DNA of 64,000 nt from an uncultured Chloroflexia bacterium (GCA_963777355.1 CAVZQK010000020.1:1-64000); one strand, 5' to 3'; shown: positions 32,284-42,310, numbered from the stretch's first letter. Notes: generated from the sequence alone by a model not told the origin. Numbers and translations: made by a program.

Positions 32284-33168
32284 ATGAGGCCCGAATTTCT
32301 TAGCATCGGACATGTGACCCGCGATCTGCACGCAAACGCTTCCTATACGCTGGGCGGCACCGTGACATTTGCTGCCCTGACCGCCTATCGTTTAGGATTA
32401 GTGGCTGCAATTGTGACCTGTGCAGACTCCGAACTACTTGCAGAACTGCCAGCGCATCTCCCCAATATCGCTCTACACGTTCGCCCCTCACAGGAGACGA
32501 CCACGTTTGTCAATCAATACGTTGATGGCTTCCGCACACAACATCTTCGTGCACGCAGCGAAGATATAGAGCCACAAGATATCCCTGAAGACTGGCGCTC
32601 CGCCCCGATTGTGCTGCTCGGTCCCCTGGCCCAGGAGCTCTCTCCAGAGCTTGTGCAGATCTTCCCACATCAACCAGGCCGCATTGTTGCTGCGACCCCT
32701 CAAGGCTGGCTACGGCGCTGGGATTCCAGCGATGGCCGCGTCTGGCCCACTCCCTGGAATGCCGCCGAAGAGGTGCTGCCCTCTCTCGATGTGCTGATCT
32801 TGAGCCATGATGATCTTTTACCATTCGCCAATGGCGAACGCAGCGCCGCCGACGCCATTCTGACACGCTGGAGTATGCATGTCCCTCTCCTTGTCGCCAC
32901 CGATGGCCGCCACGGCGCGACCCTGTTCCAACACGGCAAAACACAGCGCTTTCCAGCCTATCCAATTCAAGAGGTCGATCCGACAGGCGCAGGTGATGTC
33001 TTCGCAGCCGCGTTTCTTACCCATCTCTACCGCCATAACGATCCCGCTCAAGCGATAGATTTCGCCAACTGTGTCGCCTCTTTTTCCATCGAGAAACAAG
33101 GTATCGAGGGGATTCCCGATCTTGCTCAGGTGTCTACACGCCTGCGCCTGCAAAACAGCAAACCTTAG
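32284..33168 (+). CDS. PfkB-family carbohydrate kinase (ribokinase-like)
   Basis: 'EVDPTGAGDVFAAAF' PfkB signature 2. Confidence 0.75.
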   Translation: MRPEFLSIGHVTRDLHANASYTLGGTVTFAALTAYRLGLVAAIVTCADSELLAELPAHLPNIALHVRPSQETTTFVNQYVDGFRTQHLRARSEDIEPQDIPEDWRSAPIVLLGPLAQELSPELVQIFPHQPGRIVAATPQGWLRRWDSSDGRVWPTPWNAAEEVLPSLDVLILSHDDLLPFANGERSAADAILTRWSMHVPLLVATDGRHGATLFQHGKTQRFPAYPIQEVDPTGAGDVFAAAFLTHLYRHNDPAQAIDFANCVASFSIEKQGIEGIPDLAQVSTRLRLQNSKP

Positions 33169-33282
33169 ACCCTATAAAAATCCCCCCTCTCCCAACTGAA
33201 GGAAAGGGGGATTATCTTCATCAGAAAAGGTCTTTAAGGAAGGAAACAATGGGAGTGAGTGGGGTAGTAAACTTCGCTCTCG

Positions 33283-33582
33283 TCAATTTGCATAGGTTGT
33301 GCAGACCAGCACCTCGTAAAGAGCTACACAACTCTGGCACATCGTCACGATGCCCTTCTTGTTCATCTGCACCTTTCGCTGGTGCTCACGGCACACAATT
33401 TCATTGCAATAAGCACAACGGGCGGTTAATTGCTGCTTGCTATCACAAACGCAGCATGTCTGGGCATCCAACCCTGCGGACTGTTTTATCTGGGTATAAA
33501 GCATCCTGGTCATAGAGAGATTCCTCCTGCTTGCTGGAAATTTCTGGGTTGATGTCGTTAACGCTCTACAGCTCTGGTGCAA
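33283..33582 (-). CDS. small Cys-rich zinc-finger-like protein
   Basis: 'CCVCDSKQQLTARCAYCNEIVCREH...CQSC' AN1/treble-clef-like spacing; start may be internal Met. Confidence 0.35.
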   Translation of the reverse strand: MHQSCRALTTSTQKFPASRRNLSMTRMLYTQIKQSAGLDAQTCCVCDSKQQLTARCAYCNEIVCREHQRKVQMNKKGIVTMCQSCVALYEVLVCTTYAN

Positions 33583-34013
33583 CTATTCACGGCCACGATG
33601 ATAATGAACGGCAATGGGAAGCAGGAACAACACTGTACATGCAACAATATCCGGGTGGCTAGCTGGGCTCAGCAGAAGCTGATAACTACGGCTGTGAATA
33701 GCGAGATATACTTCTCAAACAAGATTGGTTGCTCTGCCGCCATGTACCGTGAAGAGAGTCAGCAGAACCAGGATACCTTTTGCCGTGACGCCTACGTAAA
33801 ATGCGAACGAGAGAGGAGGGGAAAAATAACGTCTGCGCCGCGTGCAATCCTCCTGTGTAAGAAATATCTTGTGTTGGCTGATATAAACAAGGTACCATTT
33901 TTTTCGCAAGAAAGCAACTGAGCAGGGCGGTTTTTTAATAAAAATTAACCTGCTCTCTAATTTTCTCTAATATAGCTTCCTCGGAAAGCTCTTACGGGTG
34001 CTTTAGACAAGAT

Positions 34014-35288
34014 TTAAGCACGCATAAGTTCGGCAACATAAGGCACTGTCACCGGCCCCTCTGGCAAGACGGCGATACGACTGTGGGGACCATACTGCTG
34101 GATGAGCGCATCGACAGTGGCCTGGAGATCCACCACAGGCAGAAGCTTCGCCGCAGATACCATCTCTTCAGGCAAGCTAGAATACAGATAGACGGTGGCA
34201 TGCAACTGTACAAGGACCTGCTTCTGCACCTGCCACTGATCGTTCATCTGGAATCCTGGCTCATTAATCAGTGTTAAAAGTTCACCAGGCGTCTCCCGCA
34301 TCTGAAGCAGGGTCTTATAATTGCCATGATTTGGTAGACCATCCCGGCATTCAGCTATCGCGACAATTGCTCCGCCAGGGCGTACAATCTGCGCCGCCGC
34401 AGTCATGCCTTTGACGGTCTGATACAGATTCTGGTCGAGCGGATAGCCATTGTTGCTTGTAATGACTATATCAAAAGGAGCCTCAACCGCTCGCGTTGCA
34501 CTCTGTCCCACCTGCTCACAGCCAACAAGATGCGCCGCCAGATAATCCCCTGCATAGACCCCTGTGATATGCCGCTCCTGGTCCAGTGTGACGTTCACCA
34601 TAAATTCTGGCGCGGCAAAGGCAACCGCCTCGCGAATCCCTTGCTGCACCGGATTCTCATCCATTACCGCCCAGGTTGACTGCGGATCTCCAATCAAAGG
34701 GGCATTATGCAGCGCCTGAATCGTCTCAATACCCGCAAGACCGGGTATAATACCTTTTGCCCCGCCAGAGAAACCGGCAAAAAAATGCGGCTCAATAAAA
34801 CCAGTCACAATACGGAAATCCGCTTCTAGATAGCGCTTATTCAACCAGACAGGCGCACCCGAAGCGAGCATACCAACCTGGGTCAGCGTCTCAGGAGCAA
34901 AGGCGTCATGATTCACAATCTCGACACTCTCAACGATCTCCTCACCCAGCATCCGAATCAGTTCTTCCCGCGTATTGGCCCGGTGCGAACCCGTCCCATT
35001 GAGAATCACAAACTGCCCACGAGGCACAAAAGCCAGCTCTTCCAACAACCAGGGAACCATTCTCTCATTCGGCGTTGGACGCGTAATATCTGAAATCACA
35101 ATAGCAACCCGGTCCGTAGCCCGCACGCGCCGCGCTAGAGGCTCACTGGCAATAGGATTGCGCAATGCTGTAAGAAAGGCTGTACGCTCATCCTTCAGAG
35201 GAACGACAGCTTGCGCACGAATAACGGTGGTCTGCTCCGGGAGCGTCAATGCCACCTGCGTACTTCCATAGGGAACAGCAATCTCCAT
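34014..35288 (-). CDS. LarA-family nickel-pincer-nucleotide dependent racemase/epimerase homolog (DUF2088 + C-terminal domain)
   Basis: 'VAIVISDITRPTP', 'ILNGTGSHR', overall 424 aa LarA architecture; no larB/C/E nearby. Confidence 0.65.
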   Translation of the reverse strand: MEIAVPYGSTQVALTLPEQTTVIRAQAVVPLKDERTAFLTALRNPIASEPLARRVRATDRVAIVISDITRPTPNERMVPWLLEELAFVPRGQFVILNGTGSHRANTREELIRMLGEEIVESVEIVNHDAFAPETLTQVGMLASGAPVWLNKRYLEADFRIVTGFIEPHFFAGFSGGAKGIIPGLAGIETIQALHNAPLIGDPQSTWAVMDENPVQQGIREAVAFAAPEFMVNVTLDQERHITGVYAGDYLAAHLVGCEQVGQSATRAVEAPFDIVITSNNGYPLDQNLYQTVKGMTAAAQIVRPGGAIVAIAECRDGLPNHGNYKTLLQMRETPGELLTLINEPGFQMNDQWQVQKQVLVQLHATVYLYSSLPEEMVSAAKLLPVVDLQATVDALIQQYGPHSRIAVLPEGPVTVPYVAELMRA

Positions 35289-35319
35289 AGTCGGGTCCTT
35301 CTTTCAGCCAGTTAAAAGC

Positions 35320-36216
35320 TTAACCTCCAAATTTATAGCGCTCTAGCCCCCTGAACTCGGTCCGCAGACGCAAGAGGTCGCCAGAGTAGGGATATTGCTT
35401 GAGCTGCTCTTCACTTAGATTGGCCGCTGAAGAGGTTATATACAGCTCGTTTAGCTTGGGTCCACCGAAAATACAACTGGTGGGACGAAGCGCCGCCACT
35501 TCAATGATACGCTCGATATTTCCCTGAGGATCATAACGCACAATCTTTGCACCATCCCAGCACGCACTCCAAATATATCCCTGCTCGTCCATACACAGAC
35601 CATCCGGCGAGCCCATCTCTTCGGCAGGAGAAACAAAAACACGGCGATTACTGAGCGTGCTATCGATAATAGAAAAATCATAGGCGTAGATTGTACGCGT
35701 CATCGAATCCGTGAAATACATCGTCCGGTTGTCAGGACTCCAGCCAATTCCGTTGGGAATCCCCACACCATGTTCCATCGCCTGCACAGAGCCATCTGGA
35801 TCAAGGCGATAGAGTGTCCCCACCTGTTTCTGCTGCCCTTCATCATCAAGCATAGAGCCTGCCCAGAAACGCCCCATACAATCAACCGCCCCATCGTTGA
35901 AACGCATGTAGGGCTTTCCCTCTTCGGGATTGACAAGAAACTTTATCTGACGCGTCTCCGGTTCCCAGAAAGCAAAACCCTGGCGTGTTGCCATAACAAT
36001 GCCACCAGAAGTACGCAGTGCCAGCACACCTATCGATACTCCCACATCAATCCGCTCATGCACACCCGTTGCAGGTACCAGACGCCAGAAGCACTGCTCA
36101 ACAATATCTACCCAGTAGAGCGCCTGCTCATCCACACTCCAGACTGGGCCCTCGCCCAGACGATTATGGACCGTCAAAACGCGTTCAACATTGCTCACTA
36201 TTGTACCTCCATACAA
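35320..36216 (-). CDS. SMP-30/gluconolactonase/LRE-like (regucalcin-family) beta-propeller lactonase
   Basis: 'GEGPVWSVDEQALYWVDI', 'FNDGAVDCMGRFW', 'PNGIGWSPDNRTMYFTDS' SGL repeats. Confidence 0.75.
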   Translation of the reverse strand: MYGGTIVSNVERVLTVHNRLGEGPVWSVDEQALYWVDIVEQCFWRLVPATGVHERIDVGVSIGVLALRTSGGIVMATRQGFAFWEPETRQIKFLVNPEEGKPYMRFNDGAVDCMGRFWAGSMLDDEGQQKQVGTLYRLDPDGSVQAMEHGVGIPNGIGWSPDNRTMYFTDSMTRTIYAYDFSIIDSTLSNRRVFVSPAEEMGSPDGLCMDEQGYIWSACWDGAKIVRYDPQGNIERIIEVAALRPTSCIFGGPKLNELYITSSAANLSEEQLKQYPYSGDLLRLRTEFRGLERYKFGG

Positions 36217-36285
36217 AATATTCGCGCTTATACGCTGAAATACATAGTTGGTTTACCAGGAGCAAGCTTCTCTCCAAGCCATACT

Positions 36286-36922
36286 TTATCCTTGAACACA
36301 GGCTTGTATATAACGTCTGGCCAGATCGGTAAGCGCCGACCAGTCTTTTCTCGCCACCAGTTCTTTCCCCACCAGTTGGCTACCAATAGCAACCGTATAA
36401 GCACCAGCCGCCAGAAAAGCCGCACAGTTCTCCAGATTGACACCGCCCGTAGGCACAAGAGGAATATTCGGCAGAGGGGCCAGCACATCTTTAATATAGC
36501 CAGGACCCAACTGCCCGGCAGGAAATACCTTTACCAGAGATGCCCCCTGACTCCAGGCTGCTAAAATCTCTGTCGGCGTAAAAGCGCCACAGACAACAGG
36601 AATATCATCCTTGCGTCCAACACGAATTACCTCAGGCAGCAGAGCAGGTGTCACCAGAAATTGTGCGCCCCCGCGAATCGATTCCTCAGCCATCGCTTCA
36701 TTCAGGACAGTGCCAGCACCTATCAACAACGTGTCAGCAAACTCTTTTCGCGCCTTCTCAATCACACTGATTGCCTGAGAATTTGTCAGCGTAAACTCCA
36801 ACACCGGTAATTCCACCTGCGAGCAGGGCCTCACAGAGATTCAGACTGTGCGCCAGTGACTCCAGGCGGATAATCGCAATCGGGTTGCGCGGTTGCAATC
36901 CAGAAACATTTTTCTCTACCAT
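36286..36922 (-). CDS. eda: KDPG/KHG aldolase with single-base frameshift near 36838
   Basis: 'GAGTVLN', 'VKVFPA', 'PTGGV' motifs; N-terminal 30 aa 'MVEKNVSGLQPRNPIAIIRLESLAHSLNLCEALLAGGI' is in a different frame and rejoins as 'PVLEFTLT' if one A is removed from ATTACCGG. Confidence 0.75.
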
Positions 36923-36950
36923 GATAATGGCGGCGCGGGTACCCCCAGTT

Positions 36951-38252
36951 TCAACAGGGGGAGGAAGCGCCGCCCTCCTTTCTGCGTTCTTCCAGACGGG
37001 GCTGCTGCGTGATCATCCAGCCGTGTGTGGGACGCGCTCTTCGTTCTACTTTGCCTGGGACCACCTCCAGCAGTTTCTTCCCACTCCTGACGTCTTTGAT
37101 GAGAAATGCACCTTTCTCTCGCCGTCCTGCGATGTAGCCGCTCTTCCCTTTCGCCTTGACCAGTTCGTAGAGCTTGAAGCCATGCACTTTGCGCGGAGAC
37201 CAACACTTGTGCTCACTGTGTCGCCCATTGAAGCGCTGATACTGCCCTCGTGGCAGACAACGGATCTGAAAAACGTTCGCCGATGGCTTCACCCTTTCAC
37301 CGATCTCGCAAGCAATGGCCACCGCATCGTTGCTGTGGGACTTCGGTAGGGCAAGCACCTGAATCCGTTGGTATTTTGTCTGATACCCAAACCTAATGCG
37401 TACCTGCTCCTCCCCAAACTGCCCTCGAAGGTGTCCCACAACAGCGGTCTTGATCGAGGAGACATGGGCTGCATCTTTGAGCGGCACGCGAGCCTGTGCC
37501 TGGATCGCGGGGAAACCAAACTCAGCGGCGGTTTGGGTTCCTTTTTTGCGATTACAGGGTTCACACGCCAGGGTGAGATTGCAGACGCGATCACTGCCGC
37601 CTCTCGCTTTGGGAAGGATATGTTCTAGTTGCAGGGGGATGCCCGTCGCCTGACAGTAGGCGCACCGCCGCTGCCACTTCGCCAGCACATATTCACGCAC
37701 CAGATACCCCTGCAACTCCCCCTGTTGATAGGACACCCCCGTAATCTCCGGGTGCTGCATCTTCTGGGTATCGAAACTGCCAATTTCCACATTGACCTGC
37801 TTCACCGGCAGCAGTGAGGCCACAAACCGCACCGCCTTGACCGTGGAGTCTGCTTTCGCGCGTAAGGAAGGTGGTAACCACCCGGCTTTGCGGCGACGAT
37901 TGGCCCATCGCGGCGCACGATAGCGCGTCTTGCGACTTCGACGCGTGTGCCGATAGTGCCGTCGCTGTGTCATCTTCTTGGTGATATCATCACGCAGATG
38001 CACCTCGGCTTGCAAGACCACCGCACCATTGGTGAGAGCGGCGATCCCCACTCCTTTTGAGCCGGTATCCACTCCCACGCTGACCGCCTGGGTGTAGGAG
38101 GGGGTCTGGAAGCGGAGGCGAATAGTGAAAGGCTCACGACTGATGAGACGAGCCTGACGCGTGCGCAGCCAATACCACACTTTCTTCTGCCGCCTGGTGG
38201 GCATGAGAGGCTGCCCTTCGCTATTTTGCACGTAGATGATGGATTGCTCCAT
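36951..38252 (-). CDS. iscB: IscB (OMEGA RNA-guided endonuclease; PLMP-RuvC-BH-HNH-RuvC architecture)
   Basis: N-terminal 'GQPLMPT' (PLMP), RuvC-I 'VGVDTGSKGVGIAAL', Arg-rich bridge helix 'RRHYRHTRRSRKTRYRAPRWANRRRK', RuvC-II 'VNVEIGSFD', HNH 'CAYCQ...LEHILPKARGGSDRVCNLTLACEPCNRKKG', RuvC-III 'KSHSNDAVAIA'; 433 aa. Confidence 0.85.
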   Translation of the reverse strand: MEQSIIYVQNSEGQPLMPTRRQKKVWYWLRTRQARLISREPFTIRLRFQTPSYTQAVSVGVDTGSKGVGIAALTNGAVVLQAEVHLRDDITKKMTQRRHYRHTRRSRKTRYRAPRWANRRRKAGWLPPSLRAKADSTVKAVRFVASLLPVKQVNVEIGSFDTQKMQHPEITGVSYQQGELQGYLVREYVLAKWQRRCAYCQATGIPLQLEHILPKARGGSDRVCNLTLACEPCNRKKGTQTAAEFGFPAIQAQARVPLKDAAHVSSIKTAVVGHLRGQFGEEQVRIRFGYQTKYQRIQVLALPKSHSNDAVAIACEIGERVKPSANVFQIRCLPRGQYQRFNGRHSEHKCWSPRKVHGFKLYELVKAKGKSGYIAGRREKGAFLIKDVRSGKKLLEVVPGKVERRARPTHGWMITQQPRLEERRKEGGASSPC

Positions 38253-38600
38253 AAATCTTCCTTTCGGAGTGAAACGTTCCCCTCGACAAAGATGAGCAGG
38301 CGGGACATGGCCTCTTCACGGTGGCTGACCTCACCACGGTTAAAAGAGACCTTCCAGTGCTGGAAACTGAGGCAGCATTTCCAGGTGGGAGCTTGACCGC
38401 TTCCTGCTATCGTAGTTCTCTCCTCGAACGACAAGACGCACGCTTGCTCGACTTGTCGTTCTCAAGAACTGAGTCTGGTCAATCCGGCTTGCACGGGGCG
38501 AACCCCTCACAAGCCTCCCCACTCTGTGGGGAGGTCATTGACCTCTTCTGTCCTTTATAATCGCTCGCAATCTATTATACCTTCCCACTTTCTCCAGACT
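38253..38600 (-). ncRNA. candidate IscB omega-RNA scaffold (structured GC-rich region directly upstream of iscB, same strand)
   Basis: multiple strong hairpins (GAACGACAAG/CTTGTCGTTC, CCTCCCCA/TGGGGAGG, GGGG/CCCC) and no credible ORF; position matches known IscB-omegaRNA arrangement. Confidence 0.5.
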
Positions 38601-38764
38601 CAAGCGCCCACCTCAAGAGGGATGAGGCAATACCCTCACGTTTGCTCCACATTTCTCGTTCGCGATATGATGAATATATCTAGCCACCTGTCCGGCTCAT
38701 ATATAGCGTAATCTTGAGATGGCTGTGAGAGTGCGTAGATGGCAAAAAGAAAGGAACTCTCTCT

Positions 38765-39766
38765 ATGTCTAGCGATATTGTAAGTTTTGGCGAAACCATG
38801 CTGCGTCTCACTGCTTCCAGCGACCACAGACTCGAAACAACGCCGCTGCTCCATATCTCCGTTGCAGGAACAGAATCAAATACGCTCGCGTGTCTGGCCC
38901 GGCTCAACTTTCATGTCAAATGGCTTTCAGCCTTACCTGCAACCCCTTTAGGAAAACATATAGAGACCGAGCTAAAACGACATGGCATTGATACCAGCAA
39001 TATAGTCTGGAGTGCAAACACAGCGCGGGTGGGGACCTTTTATGCCGAAGAAGGACCCGCTCCCCTGGGCATTCAAGTCTATTATGACCGCGCCAATTCG
39101 GCCTGCGCATTGATCGATCCTGATGCAATAGACTACAGCATTATCGATACTACCCGCTGTCTTCATCTCACGGGCATTACACCAGCTCTGAGCGAAAACG
39201 CACGTGAGGTATTTCAGCGCTTCCTCGCTCATGCTCGCCAACACCAGATTCCGCTCTCTTTTGACGTCAACTATCGGGCCAAACTCTGGTCTACGCAAGA
39301 AGCCGCAAAACAGCTTGAAGCCGCCTGCCGCCAGGCAGCAATTCTCTTCTGTACCCGTGCCGATGCCGCCGAGATCTGGGGCTTCCAGGGCACGCCGGAG
39401 GAGACGTTACAACAGATGGCGGAGCACTTTACAAGCGAGAATCCCTATAAGACGCTGGTCCTGACCCTGGGTAGCGCAGGCTCAGCTCATTTGCAGCATG
39501 GAACATATCTCCACGCACCAGCCATTCCTACAGAAGGTAGAGCACGCTTCGGCTCAGGGGATGCCTTCTCAGCCGGCTATCTCTACGCCTACTTCAACGG
39601 TCCCCTCTATCAGGAGATCAAGCAGGCATACGCTGATAGTAATCCACTGCTGTTCGGCAACGCCCTGGCGGCCCTGAAGCGCTGTATCCCCGGCGATATC
39701 GCTATCATTACTCCCGACGACGTGCGAGCCCTGTTTCAGCGCCAGGAAGGCCAGCGTTTCCGCTAG
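38765..39766 (+). CDS. kdgK: 2-dehydro-3-deoxygluconokinase-like PfkB kinase
   Basis: 'FGETMLRL', 'GTESNTLACLARL', C-terminal 'GSGDAFSAGYL' PfkB motif; divergent eda nearby. Confidence 0.7.
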   Translation: MSSDIVSFGETMLRLTASSDHRLETTPLLHISVAGTESNTLACLARLNFHVKWLSALPATPLGKHIETELKRHGIDTSNIVWSANTARVGTFYAEEGPAPLGIQVYYDRANSACALIDPDAIDYSIIDTTRCLHLTGITPALSENAREVFQRFLAHARQHQIPLSFDVNYRAKLWSTQEAAKQLEAACRQAAILFCTRADAAEIWGFQGTPEETLQQMAEHFTSENPYKTLVLTLGSAGSAHLQHGTYLHAPAIPTEGRARFGSGDAFSAGYLYAYFNGPLYQEIKQAYADSNPLLFGNALAALKRCIPGDIAIITPDDVRALFQRQEGQRFR

Positions 39767-39961
39767 CCTCACACGAATGACAAAATAGTACTCTTTGTTA
39801 TAAATTTTCTTTTTCTTCTCGCTCATTTCTTTACAAAGGGCATAGTTAAAGGCGTCCAGGCCTCACACTGTTATCATTTCTGCTAATTCTCGTCAATATA
39901 AATAAAAGAATGAGAATATCCTCAACATTTAATAGATATATGTAAGGAAAGGGCCCACAAG

Positions 39962-41102
39962 ATGAATATTCTTTTTTCTTCATCTGACTCTGATGAAACT
40001 GAACCACGCTTGCCTAGTGTCTTGCTAAATGAACACGATCCCACTGAAAAAGTTCCGCTGGTAGAACTTACTCAGAGAGACCCCGATCTGCCAGAGGATA
40101 ATTTTGCTTCGGCGGCTCATTTCCAGGCCGCCTTATCACCAGATATATCTACTATGCCAACATTACCAGAAATCATTCCAGATATTTCTATGCAGCCAAC
40201 ATTGGCAGGTGCCTATCCGGATATTTCTACGCTACCAACATCGGCAGGTGCCTATCCAAATCTTCCAGCGAAACTCTCTGCACCAGTTATATCAACCATG
40301 TTCAGTGGCGCACCACCCCCGCCTCAACCACTATCCGAAGGTCCATTTGAGTGGTATAAGCACCAGGACCCAGGTAAAAGACTGTGGCTTGGCGGTGGTG
40401 CAATAGCGCTCTTATTAACCATCATTGGCTATCTTTTTTTGCTAGTAGCCCTTAATCACGTTCCTGCCCCGACTATCGTCACACCCTATGCAACTCCAGC
40501 TATAACATCAATAAAACATCTAACATCTACACCAACTAGCCCTTTTATTGGACTTATTCCTGTTACTCCTACACAAGGACCAGCGAACACCTCAATACCC
40601 ACGCAGATCACAACACCATCGGCCAATCCTACCCAACCACCCTCTAATCCTACTCAACCACCTACTCATCCTACTCCAACCGCCCTCTGATCCTACCCAA
40701 CCACCTTCTGATCCTACCCAACCACCTTCTGAGCCTACCCAACCGCCTACTCACTCTACTCATCCGAAACCACCTGAGCCTACCCAACCACCCGACCTAC
40801 CCAGCCACCTGAGCCTACTCAGCCGCCCGCAAACCGACACCTACACCGATACCTACGCCTATTCCGACACCTACACCGGTCACAGGCATTAATGGTAATC
40901 CCTGGGGCTATGATTTTAATCCCGGAATGTACATTACCCATCCGCCTCCGGCATTTTGTTCTTACTTTTCCTGCACAAGAGACTTCTATTTCGGGCATGG
41001 CTACGTTGTGGAATGTACCGATAGCAAATTTAGCCTCTGGGGCGGTTCAAGATTTGCCTGCTTCTGGGATGGAGGAGTTGTGACTCCCCTCTATTCACAT
41101 TA
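39962..41102 (+). CDS. hypothetical single-pass membrane protein with Pro/Thr-rich 'PTQPPS' repeat linker and conserved Cys-containing C-terminal domain; two frameshifts inside the repeat (~40685, ~40795)
   Basis: three consecutive frames encode N-terminal+TM, (PTQPPS)n repeats, then 'NGNPWGYDFNPGMYITHPPPAFCSYFSCTRDFYFGHGYVVECTDSKFSLWGGSRFACFWDGG'. Confidence 0.5.
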
Positions 41103-41142
41103 ATTTTCGGTTGCTCTTTATAAGCAAACGAGCAAGCAAGCA

Positions 41143-41571
41143 TTAAGAGACTGAGATTCCTTTTACATGCACCATCGTTTTTACTAAGTGCAATAAAGCG
41201 GCCTCTGGATCTTTACAGAGGCCGCTATGTGTCGGCGAGGTCTGAATGATCGTGCTACGCGGTGCCACAAGCCAGTGGAAGCGCTCAGATTGCGAAAGTT
41301 CTCCAATCACACCAGAACGAGTCCCCCCCTCACACACGCGCTCAAAATGGTCAAGGTGCTCTCGAATCAGGGCAACATCACTATCTGGAGCAATAGCTAA
41401 CAAGCGTTGTATATCCAGGTGAATCACTGATCTCAGGAAGCGGCGTGTACGGCAAAACAAGATTACCCCAACGTTAAGACATTCACCACGCTCTATTGAG
41501 GGGATAATACGAATAAGAGCATAATCATATGAGCTGAGCGCGTGCATGTACAGCTTCCTCCACAAAAACAT
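41143..41571 (-). CDS. small DUF3037-like protein
   Basis: 'YALIRIIPSIERGECLNVGVILF' resembles DUF3037 N-terminal motif; overlaps upstream HipA-like gene by ~47 bp. Confidence 0.4.
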   Translation of the reverse strand: MFLWRKLYMHALSSYDYALIRIIPSIERGECLNVGVILFCRTRRFLRSVIHLDIQRLLAIAPDSDVALIREHLDHFERVCEGGTRSGVIGELSQSERFHWLVAPRSTIIQTSPTHSGLCKDPEAALLHLVKTMVHVKGISVS

Positions 41572-42310
41572 GAGAATGCTCCAGGCGATCCTGGAAGTAC
41601 GCTACATAGGCTAATCGATGGGCTGCACTATCCACAAAATGGGGGGTATTCTCTTCAAGCCAGCTATCCGGAATCAGATGAACGATATCTTGCAGGACAG
41701 AAAGGGATAAACGGCTCTTGAGCAGCGTATCAACCTCCTCCAGCGCACTCGCTACAGGCAGCAGGACATGGCCTTTAATCGAAGTAAACGAGATACGGCT
41801 GCGCTCAAGGTAGTCGCCCTCAATATGATGAAAATAGAGAGCAGCCCCCTGATCGATGAGCAGCAGACGATTATGCCACCAGAGCATGTTCGTATTGCGA
41901 GGTGTCCGATCAACATTGGTGACAAAGGCGTCAAACCAGACAATGGACGAGGCTAGCAGAGGATCAAGCTTATAGGCATCCAGAGCATCAAAAGCTATCG
42001 CACCGGGAAGGTAGTCTAGCGCCAGGTTGAGACCAGCGCTCGCCTTAATCAATGCCTGAATCTCAAAATCTGGTTCAGAACGTCCAAGCAGAGGATCAAG
42101 CTCGATAAAGACTATCTCAGGCACCGGCAGATCCAGGGCACGCGCCAGTTCACCGGCAACCAGCTCGGCAATCAACGCCTTCGGCCCCTGGCCCGCTCCG
42201 CGAAATTTTAGCACATACAGCCCATCATCATCTGCCTCAACGATAGCCGGAAGCGACCCCCCCTCACGAAGAGGCGTCACATAGCGTGTAGCAGTAAGTG
42301 TTCTCAGCAT
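41525..42310 (-). CDS. HipA-like C-terminal kinase-domain protein (no HipA N-terminal domain)
   Basis: 'VLKFRGAGQGPKA' P-loop-like, 'DAFVTNVDRTPRNTNMLWW' catalytic-loop-like and 'IDQG' DFG-like motif. Confidence 0.5.
   Translation of the reverse strand: MLRTLTATRYVTPLREGGSLPAIVEADDDGLYVLKFRGAGQGPKALIAELVAGELARALDLPVPEIVFIELDPLLGRSEPDFEIQALIKASAGLNLALDYLPGAIAFDALDAYKLDPLLASSIVWFDAFVTNVDRTPRNTNMLWWHNRLLLIDQGAALYFHHIEGDYLERSRISFTSIKGHVLLPVASALEEVDTLLKSRLSLSVLQDIVHLIPDSWLEENTPHFVDSAAHRLAYVAYFQDRLEHSHVFVEEAVHARAQLI

Noticed and set aside
33577-33921. 114-aa plus-strand ORF between the Cys-rich protein gene and larA
   Set aside because: No RBS or motif. It overlaps an equally weak minus-strand ORF. 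The region is more likely a 3' UTR or promoter between minus-strand genes.
36885-37349. 154-aa plus-strand ORF and several minus-strand ORFs (37046-37228, 37289-37594, 37970-38434) within or next to iscB
   Set aside because: They overlap the strongly supported IscB reading frame or its upstream omega-RNA region. They are Arg/Pro-rich shadow frames.
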